Assembly: GCA_965644495.1 (NCBI GenBank)
Contig: CBFFSA010000009.1
Coordinates: 620,001 to 684,000, forward strand
Reading direction: 5' to 3'
Source of the DNA: Perkinsela sp. CCAP 1560/9
Lineage: Eukaryota; Protista; Euglenozoa: Kinetoplastea
Length of the DNA: 64,000 nucleotides
Position numbers and translations under genes: made by a program. The notes under the pieces were generated by a model that was not told the DNA's origin, searched no databases, and was given only the letters and a program-made list of their open reading frames with translations. Shown in pieces: positions 1-12,919 of the stretch; positions within the stretch are counted from its first letter, which is position 1, and the number at the start of each line of letters is the position of its first letter.

Positions 1-109
1 GTTCCTGTGGTAAGTTTATCCCGCTTCGAACTCTACCAGGGCGTCCACGCTCTAAATTCACAGACACGTCGGACCCGTAGCAGAGACGAAGTAACAGGCA
101 ATCATTCAT
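1..109 (-). CDS. N-terminus of an LRR-family protein (runs off the window edge)
   Basis: Manual translation gives MNDCLLLRLCYGSDVSVNLERGRPGRVRSGINLPQE. It ends in the same R-x(3-4)-LPQE motif that starts the LRR genes at 19818-21575 (KIRGAILPQEYDL) and 21833-22603 (KVRGMALPQEYDL). Confidence 0.65.
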   Translation of the reverse strand, partial: MNDCLLLRLCYGSDVSVNLERGRPGRVRSGINLPQE

Positions 110-512
110 AAACGAGAACTGGGAAAATACTTCCAGAGATATTGAAAATGTCTTAGAAATATAGTATAGGTATACTTCCTTAGAAATGGAATGAAAAGTA
201 AATTGAAAACAGAATGTCTCAGAAATAACTTTGTAAGTCATTGTCAGTGTTTGGACTATTATTGTAGGAAAGAGGCAGAGGTAAATTGATTAATGTGTAA
301 GTGACGCTTTGGAATCGGTACCCAATTTTCCTAACCACTGTTTGAATCGTTTTCTATAAGGTTCATATATAAGATACACGTATGTACGTCTGCGAGAGCT
401 CTCCAATGCGCTATTGCTTTCCAAACTTGGATATTTTTACCAACACTAGACTACCCAACAACTTCCTTGTAGACCCCCCGGAGGATATTCTTCTCCGAGA
501 GCGGCTCTGCTC

Positions 513-3500
513 CTATTTTCGTATCGAATGTTCCACCGTGCATCTTAACAGTGCATTTCCTAAATAATCACAGAATTCCATGGCGTGTTTCCCATCCAAA
601 GGGTCGAATTTCAAAGAAACGGGTGGGGATTTTCGATCCGTTTCGACTTTCTGTGTTTGATGAAAGCTACGCTCCGTTTTCTTCCCCTCGGATGATTTGT
701 CATCGTTTGCTTTCAGTTCCTCGTGGTGAGAAAAATATGAAGCTGCGGTCCTTAATGGGTGAAACTCTGGGAGGGCTTCGACAAGAGACGGGATGCAGCG
801 TTCCATAACATGTCGCAGGACAGGAATAATAACCGTCAACGTGTCCTTCTCTTCTTTGAGAAAAACATTAAGGACGCGCAGGGCCTGGGTGTAGGGGTAG
901 ATGAACTCTGCGTTACGCTTCGTTTCAGATGATGTAACGCAACAACAGGTGACTGTATTTTGATCGAATTTGGTTGCTGCCAACCATTGATCTTGTGTCT
1001 GGACTTGTTCCTGTTTCTCCGTGGTTGTTGCTGGGGTCGAAGCATGTCGTAACAGTCTTGTCAGCACAATGTTGTAAAGGGTGACACGGTAGCCCGACTC
1101 GCAAGGTGGAAGCTGATCTCGATCCTCCGGGGATCTTTCGCGCGACACATTGCGCTCAACAGTTTCTTGCGGGATCTTGGGAATCAAGGATCCTGTCTGA
1201 CTGCTCTGTATTGTGCTTCGTAACCGCTTTTGCAACACGTGGAGAGACGTGCACCAGCACGATTGAGAACGTCCAAGCAAGGCAAGCAGTGAGGCAGCTT
1301 CACGATCTGTGAGTGTGGATCCGTATTTAAGGAGGAGAGGGCGCAGAAGTTCTGATTTTCGTGCCTCGGCAAGTGAGTAAAACAGAGCAGCACACGGAAT
1401 GGCATTGTAATGTGCCAGCCCTCCATTAATATCATTAGAGTTCTTTGTTGTGGGCTTTTGTTGATACGTAGTTGGTGTACCTTGACCTCCGCATTGTTCG
1501 GCATACAACCGCAGTGCGATCTCCCATTTCCGCGCTCGTCTCATCTCACGAATTAGATTGTGATAAATGCGGATATTTAAGCGTCTTGGTGGAACAAGGC
1601 AATGGTGAGTTTCCGTCCCCGATAAGGCCTCCGCGTAAATGCTGTTTTGCCGTTGAGCTGTATCTACATAGAGCATACAGGCAAGACTCCATGGAGGCGT
1701 ACGTTCTTTGTAGCGACCTCGACTCATGGTGACTTCACGGGAAACGGGCGGAGTTTTTCTAGACAGAGAGAAAACGTTCAGCACACCATCCAGTAAATGA
1801 ACAAGGGCGTTCTGATATTGCAAGGCTATGGGTTGATTTGGGAACACCAGAGACCGTGGTGTATTGTCCGTGGAAAGAATATCCAATGTATCGCCCCTGT
1901 TTGTGGCAGGTTCACAAGTTTCGTCCCTGCCTGACGAAGAGCCATGTTTAACAGAATACGTGGGTGTCGCCTCAAAATCTTTACTAATTCGGCGAAAATG
2001 GTGTAGAAAATGTTGCAGCAGCGCAAGATGAGCAGGCCACGTGGAGTGTGGACGTTCCCGTACAGCATTGTACACGGAGACGATTAAGAACTCTTCCAAA
2101 GCGACAGCTTGCGTATTACCCATTCGTGAGGAGCACCGTCGAAACAGGTCATCCCAGAAGGTTAAAAGGGATTGCTCAAGATTTACGACGTAGGGTGGGT
2201 AAGTCTCCCGCCGGGTTCCAAAGCCGTCCCACGGCGTAGAAGCTTGATAAGCGGTATTGGGTACCGCGTCCCATGATGCTGGAGCATGTTCCATGTACGC
2301 GGCTCGCTGATAGTCATGTTGTGCCATGAGTGCGTTAATAACGCTGACAAAGGGAGTTAAAGGTGGTCGGCTAAAAGAACGACTCTGGCTACTCGACGTG
2401 TCCTCCCGAGTCTCGGAATCCCATAGCAAAGATAAATTATGCTCTCGCGCGTGGGCATATACTGTCAGCACGGCGTACCAGGTAGTATGCGGAAAGTACA
2501 TGCGACCCCAATTCTGTAGCAGCAGCGCTGTAAAACCATTTCGAACCGCGGGAACACAGTACGGCGAGAGGTATAATTTCAGCGCAACATGCCAACTTGG
2601 ACAACTCCTGCTCGATACCGCCCACTCCCTTCGGAAATCACGCCCCTGTTGGTATTGCACCGTGCTCTTCTCCCTAATCCCCTGCTCAATCTTCTCCGCC
2701 ATCTCCGCCGCACCCCTCGCAGGGGTCGTTAGCCCCATCAAGCACCGTCGAAGCAACCGCCCATGGGTATTCCACCCCTTCTCCACCTCCTGCTGCGTCC
2801 CCACATGCGACGTGAACAACGCCACCGCATACCTCCACAACGGTGGAAGTTGCGGCAGCGGGTCCGCCATCCCCGCTCTCCCCACCCCTCCCCCATACCC
2901 CCTCCGTCCACCCCCCTCCCCCCTGCCTTCTCCCCCCCCTCCCCCCTCCCCCCGCTCCGTGGCCTCCCACAACCTCAACAGCGAGGCCCCGGGGGAGGGG
3001 GTCCGGCCCACCGTCGCCATCACCTCTCCCCAGCTCACCCCTGCGGACCACACCAGCAGGTAGTCCATACACAGCAGCGCGTACCCCGCGAGCGTGGGGG
3101 AGTAGGTGGGGTAGTGAGGAGTAGTCGTAGTCGTAGTAGTGGTCGTAGTCGTAGTACGCGTAGTATCACGATCACCACCACCACTACTACTACTACTACC
3201 ACTATCACTACTGCCACCACGACTACCCCCACCCCCACCACTCCCTGCGGCTCGTGGGTTTACGGTACCGTTGCAGGATACAGTGGGCGATGTGGCGCGC
3301 GGGGCCTGGGGCGTGGGGCCGGGCGGTGGCACAGAGCGCAAGGGCGGCGCGGGGGCCGGAGAGGGAGGAGCGCCAGGGGGCGGTGCGGGGGTGGTGGAGG
3401 TAGAGCGCGAGGGCGTGGAGCCAGGAGGGGGGGGTAGAGGAGGGGGGGGCGGGGGAGGAAGGGGGGGTGGAGGGGGGGCGGGGAGTAGAGGGAGAGGAGG

Positions 3501-4287
3501 GCATTGTAGAGGAGAAGGTGAAGAGAGAGGCTGAAGTGGAGGGAGAGGCTGTGGAGGGAGAGGCAGTAGAGGGAGAGGCTGTGGAGGGAGAGGCTGTGGA
3601 GGGAGAGGCAGTAGGGGAAGGCATTGTAGAGGAAAAGGTGGAGGGAGAGGCAGTAGAGGGAGAGGCTGTGGAGGGAGAGGCAGTAGAGGGAGAGGGAGTA
3701 GAGGGAGAGTCTGGCGTAGTAGTAACGGTTGTGGTAGAGGGGTAGAAGGGGTGGGAGGGGGGGAGGAGGGCACGGGAGAGGTAGGGGAGGGGGTTAAGAG
3801 GGGGGAGGGGGGTGTCTGGGGTGTTGGTGGTGGAGAGGTTGGGGGGAGTGGAAGGGGGAGAGGAGAAAAAGGGCGGGGCGTTGGTGTCGGTTAAGGGTAG
3901 GGTGGTGGGTACAACGGCTGGAGTGAAAGAGGAAGCGGTAGAGGAGGGGAAGGAAGATGGAGTGAGATGGAGGGGAGACTCTGGAAGTTCAGTGTTGGGT
4001 TGGTTGAGGATTCGGACTTCGTCGTGTCCTTTGAGGTCTTGGACAATGGATTCGGAGGAGAAGTCGGATATGGTATCGGATTCCAATTCGACTTTCGAAC
4101 TTTCCTCGTTGGCGTGGTCCCTATTTGAAAAGTTTCGTACTCTGTTCAGCAATTCGTTGAAAGACATGGACTTGACTTTCTTCAAATCGTTTTCCTGAGT
4201 TGTTGTTAAGGTTTCGTCAAACTTTTCTAGCCAGTCATCCTCATTATAGAGAGTCGGAAGAAAGCGTAGAAGAGTGCGCGGGAACAT
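513..4287 (-). CDS. Large helical-repeat (PPR-like) protein, possibly mitochondrial; split into two overlapping frames (3223-4287 and 513-3773) within a low-complexity tract
   Basis: The N-terminus MFPRTLLRFLP resembles a mitochondrial presequence. W-x-x-A-L-x-L helices recur (LWRYAVALF, SWHVALKLY, PWSLACMLY, KWEIALRLY), with PPR-like IYHNLIREMRR and LYNIVLTRL. A frame switch is needed in the G-run/15-bp repeat region. Confidence 0.55.
3490..3710. repeat. 15-bp coding minisatellite (SPSTA repeats on the - strand)
   Basis: Tandem gagggagaggc(t/a)gt(g/a) units. Confidence 0.85.
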
Positions 4288-4658
4288 GCCAAAGGTTCAG
4301 AAGGTCGGTGATGAGTTAAATAGTATAACCCGACAGAACGATGGGAGTAGTGGCAAGAAAATCGAAGGTTTGATATTTCTGATGGCTGAGCGTCAAACGC
4401 CGGCTACAAAATCTCCAAACCTGTCGTGTAGTCATCATAAGTTCTACTTACCGAAGGTCATGACTTCTGAAGGTGTCATAGCAAAGAAATGTGGAATAAA
4501 TGCAATGAAGTTTCATTTACTGTAACTGAAATTAGAGCACACTCATCTTGACATCAATATAGGCAAAGCGTAAAAAACATGCCAATAGATTTATGGTACG
4601 TGTATAAAGTGTGGCTCAACTATTAAATCAAGAGAGGAATACAACAAAGAACATTGTG

Positions 4659-6956
4659 CTATGCACAGTCCCTCGCGCTCAAAGGTGGAGTGAGGTCATC
4701 TGAAGTGTCTGTCCTCGATATGATATGCCGAAGAGAAAATAATGAAGCTTCTTTAGAGGGTCGATCTGTACGAAATCCCCACACTTCATGCGACAGGGTG
4801 GGGTCCAAACTATTCACAATTTCCATGGCTCTCTTGACCAGTCCCGGTCGGGTGGTGTACAGCTCTGTACACTGCCTATGTTTCGAAAGAATCGATAGAA
4901 ACAACGGAAACGCGGCCTGTAGCTCCATCAGCCACTCCCGCACCAGAAATAGTGAAAGGTACATAACCAGGGGAATGCAAAACAGCACTGTCAATGCGGT
5001 ATCCATCCCATGTAGGCGCCACGCCACCAAGGAAGGCACTACACACACCAGTGGAAACAGAAAGAATCCAATGATCAGCTTATACGTCGCCTTGACATCC
5101 TTTCCAAACAGTTTCAAATTACTGCTCGCCTTTGCCTGCTGCGCGTGGTGTTCAGCCATCGTAGACGCTACATACCCCAGTGGGAGTCCTAGCACGGCAA
5201 ACGGAAGCAGCAGCGTCCCCATCACCAGTAACAGCAACACACGACGGAGTAGAATCCGAAATGTGGGCTTCTGCTTCAGTCCCTCAAGCGTCGGGACTTG
5301 GCTATCCTTTACAAACAACGCAGCACACTTGGAGGTGTACGCCTCGACGTCGACACGAAACTGTTTCAGCGCTGTATGCTCGGGGTGGTTCTCTACTAAC
5401 CGACTAAGGTGCCGGAACAGTTTTAAATACTGCTCCGCGGGGAGTGTCATACGAAGCGGTTGGTACAGCCGTCGCAGACTGTGAATAAACCGCAGCGTGT
5501 CCATATCCGGTGCATTTAACGTCACCGTACGTAACGCCGTAGAGAGCTGTCTCAACAGTTTCTCCGTGGTCCCCTTACGATCCTCTGCATATGCCGCACT
5601 AAGCTGCGAGGTCACGCGGATCGGTTTACCAAACTCCACATGGACGACGGAGCGAAACCGGTGACCGTAAAAGTACGTTAGCCCACACGGCACGAGGGTC
5701 GGGGGTACCCCTCGTTGCGCACTCCCCAGGCTAAGCACCGCTACGCCGCTTTTCAGCGGCAGCAGCGAGGGGCGGTCATGGGAGCCCCCCTCGGGGAAGA
5801 TCCCAATCGCGTCGCCGCGCCCCAAGGTGTCGTAGACCTCAGCGTACATGGCGGAGTGGTCGGGGCGGACACTCGCGCGGTACGGGAGGCCGTTGCCGTT
5901 GGGGCTGAGCCCAATACGGAGGTCCGGGGGGAGGCCGGGGTAGGGGGAGTGGAGAATCACAGTCTCGTCGGAGACAACGGACTGGATTTGAACACTCACG
6001 GGGGGCGCCTCGTGGGGGTGAGTCCACGTACGAGGGGTGGAGGGGGTGGGGAGAGACGCCTTTGGGGTGGAGGAAAGGGTCACACTCCGTCCCTCAGCGC
6101 TTCCCCCCTCGTCGGGTGGGGACACTTCCTGGTACACCGCATCGTAGTGTTCCGAGGGTTGGGAGTTGCGCATGCGGCGTACCTCGGGAAGCCACAGTGT
6201 CGTGCCTGGGGAGTACTGGGTAAAGCGGGTGTGTTTCCCCACCAGCATGTTTCCGTGACGGAGCTCTACTACACGTCCCGCCCCCTCCAGGGGTTCAACA
6301 TCCTGGGGACGACTCACGGGGACACACTCCATGAGTGTGGAAAAGAACGCGATGAGTCGTCGACGCAGACTCTTGGCGGCGATAATAAATCGCACCCTAC
6401 GGCGGCAGGTGGAGCGCAGGATTAACGCATCGATAAATTGGTTGTTATGGTTGCCGTAGAACACGACGGGGCCGGTCGAGGGAATGTGTTCGCGACCCAG
6501 GACCACGACCTCACGGTAGAAGATGTGGACGAGAATCCAAAACAGGGCGTCCATCAGGGGCACGAGTACGTAACGCTGGAAGATGCTGAGAGGTGGGAGC
6601 TGCGAAGCGGGTGGAGAGGGTACCTGCGTTGGCGGGGTTTCTCGGAACCGAGCGGATCGGGGTGTATGGATTGGGTTCCGCGGTGTGTTGTTCGAACTAG
6701 AGGCTCCGCGGGGAGTAGAGTACGGGGAAAACGGTTTGCCACGAGGTGTCGAGGATGTTGAGAGGAGGTTAGACTGAGAAGCAGAAGCTCGGTGAACGGA
6801 AGAGGATGTCGGTACGTGTTTCGAGGCAGTACTACGGTTCGCTGGAGTGGGTATAGCACGTTTTACGGAAGACTCGAGCTCCTTTGGTGCGGGCTTTGAA
6901 TTGTCCTGGATGGTAGGCATGGGGGTGTATGTAATGGGTACGTATAGTAGATGCAC
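4659..6956 (-). CDS. Glycerol-3-phosphate O-acyltransferase (fungal SCT1/GPT2 / kinetoplastid GAT type)
   Basis: Acyltransferase motifs NHNNQFIDAL, FPEGGSHDR and LPLKSG, plus C-terminal hydrophobic helices and a GKDVKATYK motif. Confidence 0.9.
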   Translation of the reverse strand: MHLLYVPITYTPMPTIQDNSKPAPKELESSVKRAIPTPANRSTASKHVPTSSSVHRASASQSNLLSTSSTPRGKPFSPYSTPRGASSSNNTPRNPIHTPRSARFRETPPTQVPSPPASQLPPLSIFQRYVLVPLMDALFWILVHIFYREVVVLGREHIPSTGPVVFYGNHNNQFIDALILRSTCRRRVRFIIAAKSLRRRLIAFFSTLMECVPVSRPQDVEPLEGAGRVVELRHGNMLVGKHTRFTQYSPGTTLWLPEVRRMRNSQPSEHYDAVYQEVSPPDEGGSAEGRSVTLSSTPKASLPTPSTPRTWTHPHEAPPVSVQIQSVVSDETVILHSPYPGLPPDLRIGLSPNGNGLPYRASVRPDHSAMYAEVYDTLGRGDAIGIFPEGGSHDRPSLLPLKSGVAVLSLGSAQRGVPPTLVPCGLTYFYGHRFRSVVHVEFGKPIRVTSQLSAAYAEDRKGTTEKLLRQLSTALRTVTLNAPDMDTLRFIHSLRRLYQPLRMTLPAEQYLKLFRHLSRLVENHPEHTALKQFRVDVEAYTSKCAALFVKDSQVPTLEGLKQKPTFRILLRRVLLLLVMGTLLLPFAVLGLPLGYVASTMAEHHAQQAKASSNLKLFGKDVKATYKLIIGFFLFPLVCVVPSLVAWRLHGMDTALTVLFCIPLVMYLSLFLVREWLMELQAAFPLFLSILSKHRQCTELYTTRPGLVKRAMEIVNSLDPTLSHEVWGFRTDRPSKEASLFSLRHIISRTDTSDDLTPPLSARDCA

Positions 6957-9074
6957 GCGAGAGGTCCATAAAAATGTATTGAAACGTTCACACTTAAACG
7001 GTTAAACCATCATTTTTAATAACGTATTATTATAATATTAACCAAAAAAAAGTATAATTAATACTCTTTTTTGGTTAATTTTTTGGTTAATTCTAGGTTT
7101 TGGAGAATGATGAATAATTATATTACTGTGGACCCCCACATGTATAGTGCCCCGTGGTAGCCCCCCATGAGGGTTGAAACTATTCCGGTACGCTCCGACC
7201 CATTCTTCAGTGTACCGTATTTTAGGACGAGAGTTCGTTGATCTTTCAACGACCTGAACGCCCTTTCGTTGAATGTTCAACGAAAGGGCCAACTAGGGGT
7301 AATTTTTAAATGCGAATACCTGGTGGGTTTGCGACATTTGGTGTAGTCCACGTTTGCGACACTTGTTTACTTGTATGGATGGCAAGGTCCAACTGCAAGC
7401 GTAGCCCTCAAATGACAATTTTTTTGTCATCAGATTAAATCTTTCAAGTCGAGCGAATACGCCAAAGACATATAACTCTGCGAGAGCCCTCCAATGCGCA
7501 ATTATTTTACAAAATTGAGCAAATTTTACAATTCTAGACCCCCCCAGACGGAAATTTTCACCCTTTATAAGGCATGCCCAGCTCGAGACGGCGGTAACGA
7601 CAATGAAAATTCGCAACAACAAATACCGTATACCCCCCAGTAATAGAATCGAAGAAGCATTTGAAGAAGCATTGCCTCTATTTTTGTCATCCCCCGAACC
7701 CATTAGCGCACGCCCCTACGGTACCAGTTTTGTACCGCGGCATGCGCTATCTGGGCGTTCCCCTTTTGGATGGCTACCCCGATTGCCATGATAATCGATT
7801 TTGGACCCACTGCCCCCCCCGTTTAAGCACACCTCGTTTTCCGTGAAAAGTGCGCTGAAATGTGGTCTCCTCACTTTCCGCGTAGGTAGCGGTGCGGGTG
7901 CTTCGCTCGGGGAGTAAAATCTACGACGCGAGGTCCTGGTCTCAACCGCAGCAGACGCCCGACTGCTGAGGCGAAAAATATAAAGAAAGCTTTTATGCTT
8001 TCTTTATAGTTATTCGGACCCCTGCATAAAAGAAATGAAAGCAAGGATCTTGGACTCCTCTAGCAAAAAGGTTGGCGCTCCCAGGCTCTTCTAGGCGCTT
8101 CCAGGCGCTCCCATCCAGAGTCACCCCTCTTAGTATTTAATTTTGCTCAACTCTACGAACCGCTAAATAGGACGGAACTAACGTATAGAAACTAATGTAG
8201 AAAAAATGCAACGAATAATCAGCCGGTAGACCGCTTCAGCGTGTATTTCTAGGAGCAAATTAGCGAAAATTAAAGAAATTACAGGGCAATGTAAAGGATG
8301 GGGGTCATACTCTTCTCCGAATAATGTACCCCTCTACTTAAGTGTCACCGTTTTTCGGGAAAAGGGACAATTAAATGGTGGGGTACAGTACTAGTACAAT
8401 TTGCCGCCGTGGTAGTCTGCGGGACGCGAATCTATTAGACGAAACAAAGAGTCACCCCCGCTAGAAGACGCGAAATGCGATCACCAACCAGGGCAAGCAA
8501 AGACTGAGCTGTACGCTGTGAGGAGTGCATTGGGGGGGACGTCAATTCGATTCTATATCTATATTTCGATTCATTCTTAAGAACTGCACTTCAGTTAGCT
8601 ATACGTTCTATGCACGCTGCATTGGTATTTATTCTCTTCGGTGATACTTGTAGGAAGTATGCGTTGTTTTCCAACATAAAATAAAGAACACGCGCGTGTC
8701 AATCATTGTTGTGAAGCTTGTGTACCTAAGCGTCAAAAATTAAACCAGTTTATTAGCACTATAACAATACTTAAAAAGTGGTTTTCTTGTTTCGTATAAA
8801 GGAACTTCTACGAACTCCTGTAAGTTGACTATGCAGAAAAAGTCATCAAGCGATTGACCCAATTCACATAAGTAATAACCAATCAAAAACATGATTGCCA
8901 CGAAATTGCATTCGATACCAAAAATACATCAATTATATTGAAAGTTCGATTTACCCATTCTGCCTCGATTTACACATGCTGTTATCTGGAGTACACACAT
9001 TATGTCTGCATGACACTTCGTGCGGTAAAAACTCCTTCCACCTCTTTCATTACTCTTACTACATTTACAAAAGA

Positions 9075-11492
9075 TTATCGTTTCAGAAAGGCTGGGTTTA
9101 GCGGCAATCTGTCCTCCGTGAAGTACGGGGGAGGGGGAGGGGGCGGTTGTACGGGTTGCAGCACATACCCCTCGTTGAGCATCTGGGACTGTGGAAAATA
9201 CCCTGGAATCGTACCCTCAAAGGGTTCCACAGGATCATACGCATCAAGTGCCCTAGGTGGTTCCAACCCCCCGGCAGATGTTGCGGTCGGCATGTAGGGG
9301 TAGGAGGGGCACCAGGAAGGCTCCATCGGGTACCCACTCATCGCTGGGAGCGGGGAAGCACGAGTCTCCCATCGAGGGGGGCGGGTGTTTCCACCTCGGG
9401 GGTTAAACCGCCCGGCGGGGGTCATCTCGGGTCGACGCACATCATGCGCCCTTCCTCGTCCCGCGTGATGCGAAAAAGCTTTGTGGAGAGGTTTCTCTTC
9501 GTTTCTCATGAGTATGCCGAGGAGGGACCGGCAGCAGGGGTTGTCCCGTAGTGCAGTCTCATGCGCAAGTAAAATCGTGCTTAGCCGTTCCCTGGGTTTG
9601 GAGGGGAGGCGCTGTAATAATTTCTGTATCACATAATTGCCAAAGGGATCCATCGCCAGTCGCATTGCAGGGATCTTGTCGCTGGAATTTTCATCGGAAC
9701 AACAAACTTTTTCGGCGAACTCGAGAACCACCTCCTCATTTCCACAAAGAATAAATTTCTCCATAACATTCGAAGCGAACTTATGACAAGACAGCGCCAC
9801 CGCCTCTGCTGCAAGCAGCTTCCCCACCCTCTCTCGATATTCCGGCGTGGTACTCATGAGTAAGTGTTGGAGCACGTAGTTCCCAAACTCGTCCCGCACT
9901 AAGGTCGCAGTGTGCTGCAATAACTTCTCCAAGAATGGATGCGGTGACTGCGTAAACACATACCGGCTCTGCTCCAACAACCGCTGCACCACACGACAGC
10001 CAAAACTGTGGCACGCCACCTTCTCCGCCTCCGGCAGCAGTTCCTCCACAACAAACCCCACATACGCCGGGGTCGTCTCAATCACCTTCTGCAACACATG
10101 ATTCGCATTCGCATCCACCACCAACCCCCTCACCTCACCTCGAAAACACTCGATCAGCTCCCGCCGCCCCGGCTCCGTCCCATACCGCAGCACGTGCTGC
10201 ACCACGCGACACCCAAACGTGTCCCGGGACAGCGCCAACGTGTGGGGGGCGAGCGCCACCCGCACCCGCTCCCGCACCCCCTCCCCGCCGCACTCCACCA
10301 CGCGCTGCACCACGTAGTTCCCGTACACATCCCGGGAGAGCCCGAGGAGGTCGTCCAGGACCTCGCGGACCACCCAGTCACACGGGCCGGGGGTACTGCT
10401 GAGAGTACTGCTGCCCCCACTACTCCCCTGGGGGAGTACGCCGCTGGTGAGGGCGTGCTGCAGCCAGCGACTCCCCTCCTGGTCCCGGCTGAGTTCGGGG
10501 ATGAACCCGCGGGCGTGGGGGAGTGACCAGCGGGGGCGGTTCGTGTGGAAGTCACGGAGCGTGGGGGACTCGGAGGCGTGGGAGAGGGGCTGTTGCTGTT
10601 GCTGTTGTTGCTGGGATCGTTGTTGTTGGGATCGTTGTTGTTGTTGGGTGACTTGCTGTTGTACGGCGGGGGGATAGGAGGGTACCCGTGTGGTGGGGTG
10701 GGGGTTATCCGGAATAGGGGGGACTACGCCCTCGAGGTGGGGGGTGTCCCTGGAGGGGAGTGGGGTGGGGAGTACGGCAGGGTGGGAGGCTGGGAGGGGG
10801 GGGTAGAGAGCAGGTGGTGGGGGGGTGGGGGTTGGGGTCTCCTCGGGTAACGCAGAGGACAACGGGGATCGAGGGGTTGTGATGGTGGTGGTGGTGGTGT
10901 GACTCTTATTCTCCTTGTGCGCGTGTTGGGGTTTCTTCTTTCGTGGGAATGGTGAGGGCTCTGGGGGATTCAATGAGGGGAGTTGGGGAAGTGGGAGACG
11001 AAAGACAGGACTACGGCACTGGGTGGGGGCGAGAGCGGGGGAGAGGGCCGGGGTGGTGTTTTCCAGTAAGTTCCGTGGGAGCATCTCCGGGGTGGGAATC
11101 CCGCGAAGGTCGCGAAGGGAGAGACCCGGAGGGGAGCGAGACGTGAGGGGGTCCTTAGTGTGGCTACCATTCTGACCTCGCTCCAGTGAGAGGTTCTCCA
11201 GTAGAAGGGGGAACGGGGCGTCGGGATGAGGGATGGAAGTATTGGAGAGAGGAGAGTGTCCGGCGTCCTCTTTTGTTGGGACAGCGCTGTCATGCAAAAA
11301 GAGAGGGGGGAGTAGACGAGGGTCCCGAGGATGTTGTGAGAAGTACCACTCCTCGTAGCTTTTCGTGGTGCGGTAGAGCTCGTTAGCAGGTACGGAAGAG
11401 TGAAGCGGAGTGGTATTGAATGGTGAACTGTTTCGGGGCCGCAGCGCTGGGGAGGATCGAGATCGAGTACGTCGGGGCGTTTCCTTCTCCAT
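9075..11492 (-). CDS. Pumilio/PUF RNA-binding protein
   Basis: Eight Puf repeats: DQEGSRWLQ, DVYGNYVVQ, DTFGCRVVQ, DANANHVLQ, HSFGCRVVQ, DEFGNYVLQ, HKFASNVME, DPFGNYVIQ. The N-terminus is low-complexity Q/P. Confidence 0.95.
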   Translation of the reverse strand: MEKETPRRTRSRSSPALRPRNSSPFNTTPLHSSVPANELYRTTKSYEEWYFSQHPRDPRLLPPLFLHDSAVPTKEDAGHSPLSNTSIPHPDAPFPLLLENLSLERGQNGSHTKDPLTSRSPPGLSLRDLRGIPTPEMLPRNLLENTTPALSPALAPTQCRSPVFRLPLPQLPSLNPPEPSPFPRKKKPQHAHKENKSHTTTTTITTPRSPLSSALPEETPTPTPPPPALYPPLPASHPAVLPTPLPSRDTPHLEGVVPPIPDNPHPTTRVPSYPPAVQQQVTQQQQRSQQQRSQQQQQQQQPLSHASESPTLRDFHTNRPRWSLPHARGFIPELSRDQEGSRWLQHALTSGVLPQGSSGGSSTLSSTPGPCDWVVREVLDDLLGLSRDVYGNYVVQRVVECGGEGVRERVRVALAPHTLALSRDTFGCRVVQHVLRYGTEPGRRELIECFRGEVRGLVVDANANHVLQKVIETTPAYVGFVVEELLPEAEKVACHSFGCRVVQRLLEQSRYVFTQSPHPFLEKLLQHTATLVRDEFGNYVLQHLLMSTTPEYRERVGKLLAAEAVALSCHKFASNVMEKFILCGNEEVVLEFAEKVCCSDENSSDKIPAMRLAMDPFGNYVIQKLLQRLPSKPRERLSTILLAHETALRDNPCCRSLLGILMRNEEKPLHKAFSHHAGRGRAHDVRRPEMTPAGRFNPRGGNTRPPRWETRASPLPAMSGYPMEPSWCPSYPYMPTATSAGGLEPPRALDAYDPVEPFEGTIPGYFPQSQMLNEGYVLQPVQPPPPPPPYFTEDRLPLNPAFLKR

Positions 11493-12434
11493 TCCCGTTT
11501 GACAAATTTGAGAACTATGTACAAAAAGAAGCGTGCGAAAACAGTAGGTTTTTTACAAGTTTCCGCAGAAGTTGATTCACTTCCGGAATAAAACGAACTT
11601 GATTGGAAGTATTGCAAATGAGTTTAAAATAGGGGGTTTTAGCTACTGTAGTGTATAGTAATATATTTCTTAACTATTTGAATACTATACCCCCCCTGCT
11701 TATGAGTTCCCCCAATTCTGGTATGCTTATGAGTTTCTTTTTCTAAGGCGAATATTTTTATACCCACTTTTCGCGAAGCGATTATTGAACTGAACAAAAA
11801 TCAGCTCAAACAGACCTTTTACTGAAAAGTTAAGGGGGCGCCTTATTGGTGTCTAGGGGTTTACGTAGTTTCCACGAATAAGCATCGATTTTTAAACCGT
11901 TTGAGTACCGACGCTTGTCGTGAGTGATATTTCGTGTTCATGACAGACACCCATGATTCACACTTAGTAAACAAAAGCTGTACCCATACGTACGAATTTC
12001 AAGTACGAATCGGTATGGAACCGATTGTGCGCCCATACTTCGAGCGAGATTAGGATATTTCCTGCTGAGGAAAGGGATCAGAAACCATACCCATGAGATA
12101 CCGCGATAAAACAGTAAGGTACACGGCACACAATCACTCTCAAGGACCAAATGGTCACGTGTACGAATATGTCAAAGTATAATAAAAACACCAAAGTAAT
12201 TTTAATATGAAAATATTCTGTTTGATTCAATATTCAAAAAATTGACCCAAACAATTTTGGTCCAAATATACATGAGGGGCAGCGGGTATGATCTCACGTC
12301 ATCTCGCGTGATCTTGTTTTGCCATAGCAGTTTTGACACAGTAAGCGAAAAAACAGTAAAACATAGTATCAGTTTTCTCTTTCATAACGTTTGTATAAAA
12401 ACATACGCCATACATGGTTGTTCTGAGAACAAGA

Positions 12435-12919
12435 AGACCTCCGGCACCACTTTAGCTACGAAACCTGTACTTTCACCAATACAAACACTTATCCCGCTAA
12501 AGTTTGCCAACGAGAATGTAATGTGCGCCAGGAACCGAACTCATTTTTGAAAGATAAACGTACGTTCTTACGTACATTCACAGCCCTCCCAGATTTCCCA
12601 AACTCCTAGAACCTCTCGAAAAAAAAAACGCCGCAAAGCTGAGGAGGTTGTAGCGATCCTGGAAGAGCGTATTGATTCGGAGCCAAGCTAAGCTTCTTTA
12701 ACCGCGGGAACCAACACGTCACGCAGTAACTTACAAAGGCAGAACGCGTCTCCTTCTGATCGTCGAAGCGACAACGTCGAGGATCCGTTAAAGTAAGGAG
12801 ACCTCCGGCACCACTTTAGCTACGAAACCTGTACTGTCACCAATACAAACACTTATCCCGCTAAGGTTTGCCACCGAGAATGTGATGTGCGCCAGGAGCC
12901 GAACTCCTTTTTAAAAGAT
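12435..12919. repeat. ~121-bp direct repeat pair (12435-12555 and 12799-12919)
   Basis: Near-identical agacctccggcaccactttagctacgaaacctgtac...aaagat copies. Confidence 0.9.

Noticed and set aside
7000-9070. Short ORFs and GC-rich patches between GAT and PUF
   Set aside because: No motif, tRNA boxes or paired termini that I can support. Probably decayed repeats and UTRs.
2326-11617. Many overlapping or antisense ORFs over the host genes (e.g. 2326-3063, 4654-5484, 10008-10526)
   Set aside because: These are shadow frames of GC-rich, low-complexity coding sequence with no recognisable motifs.
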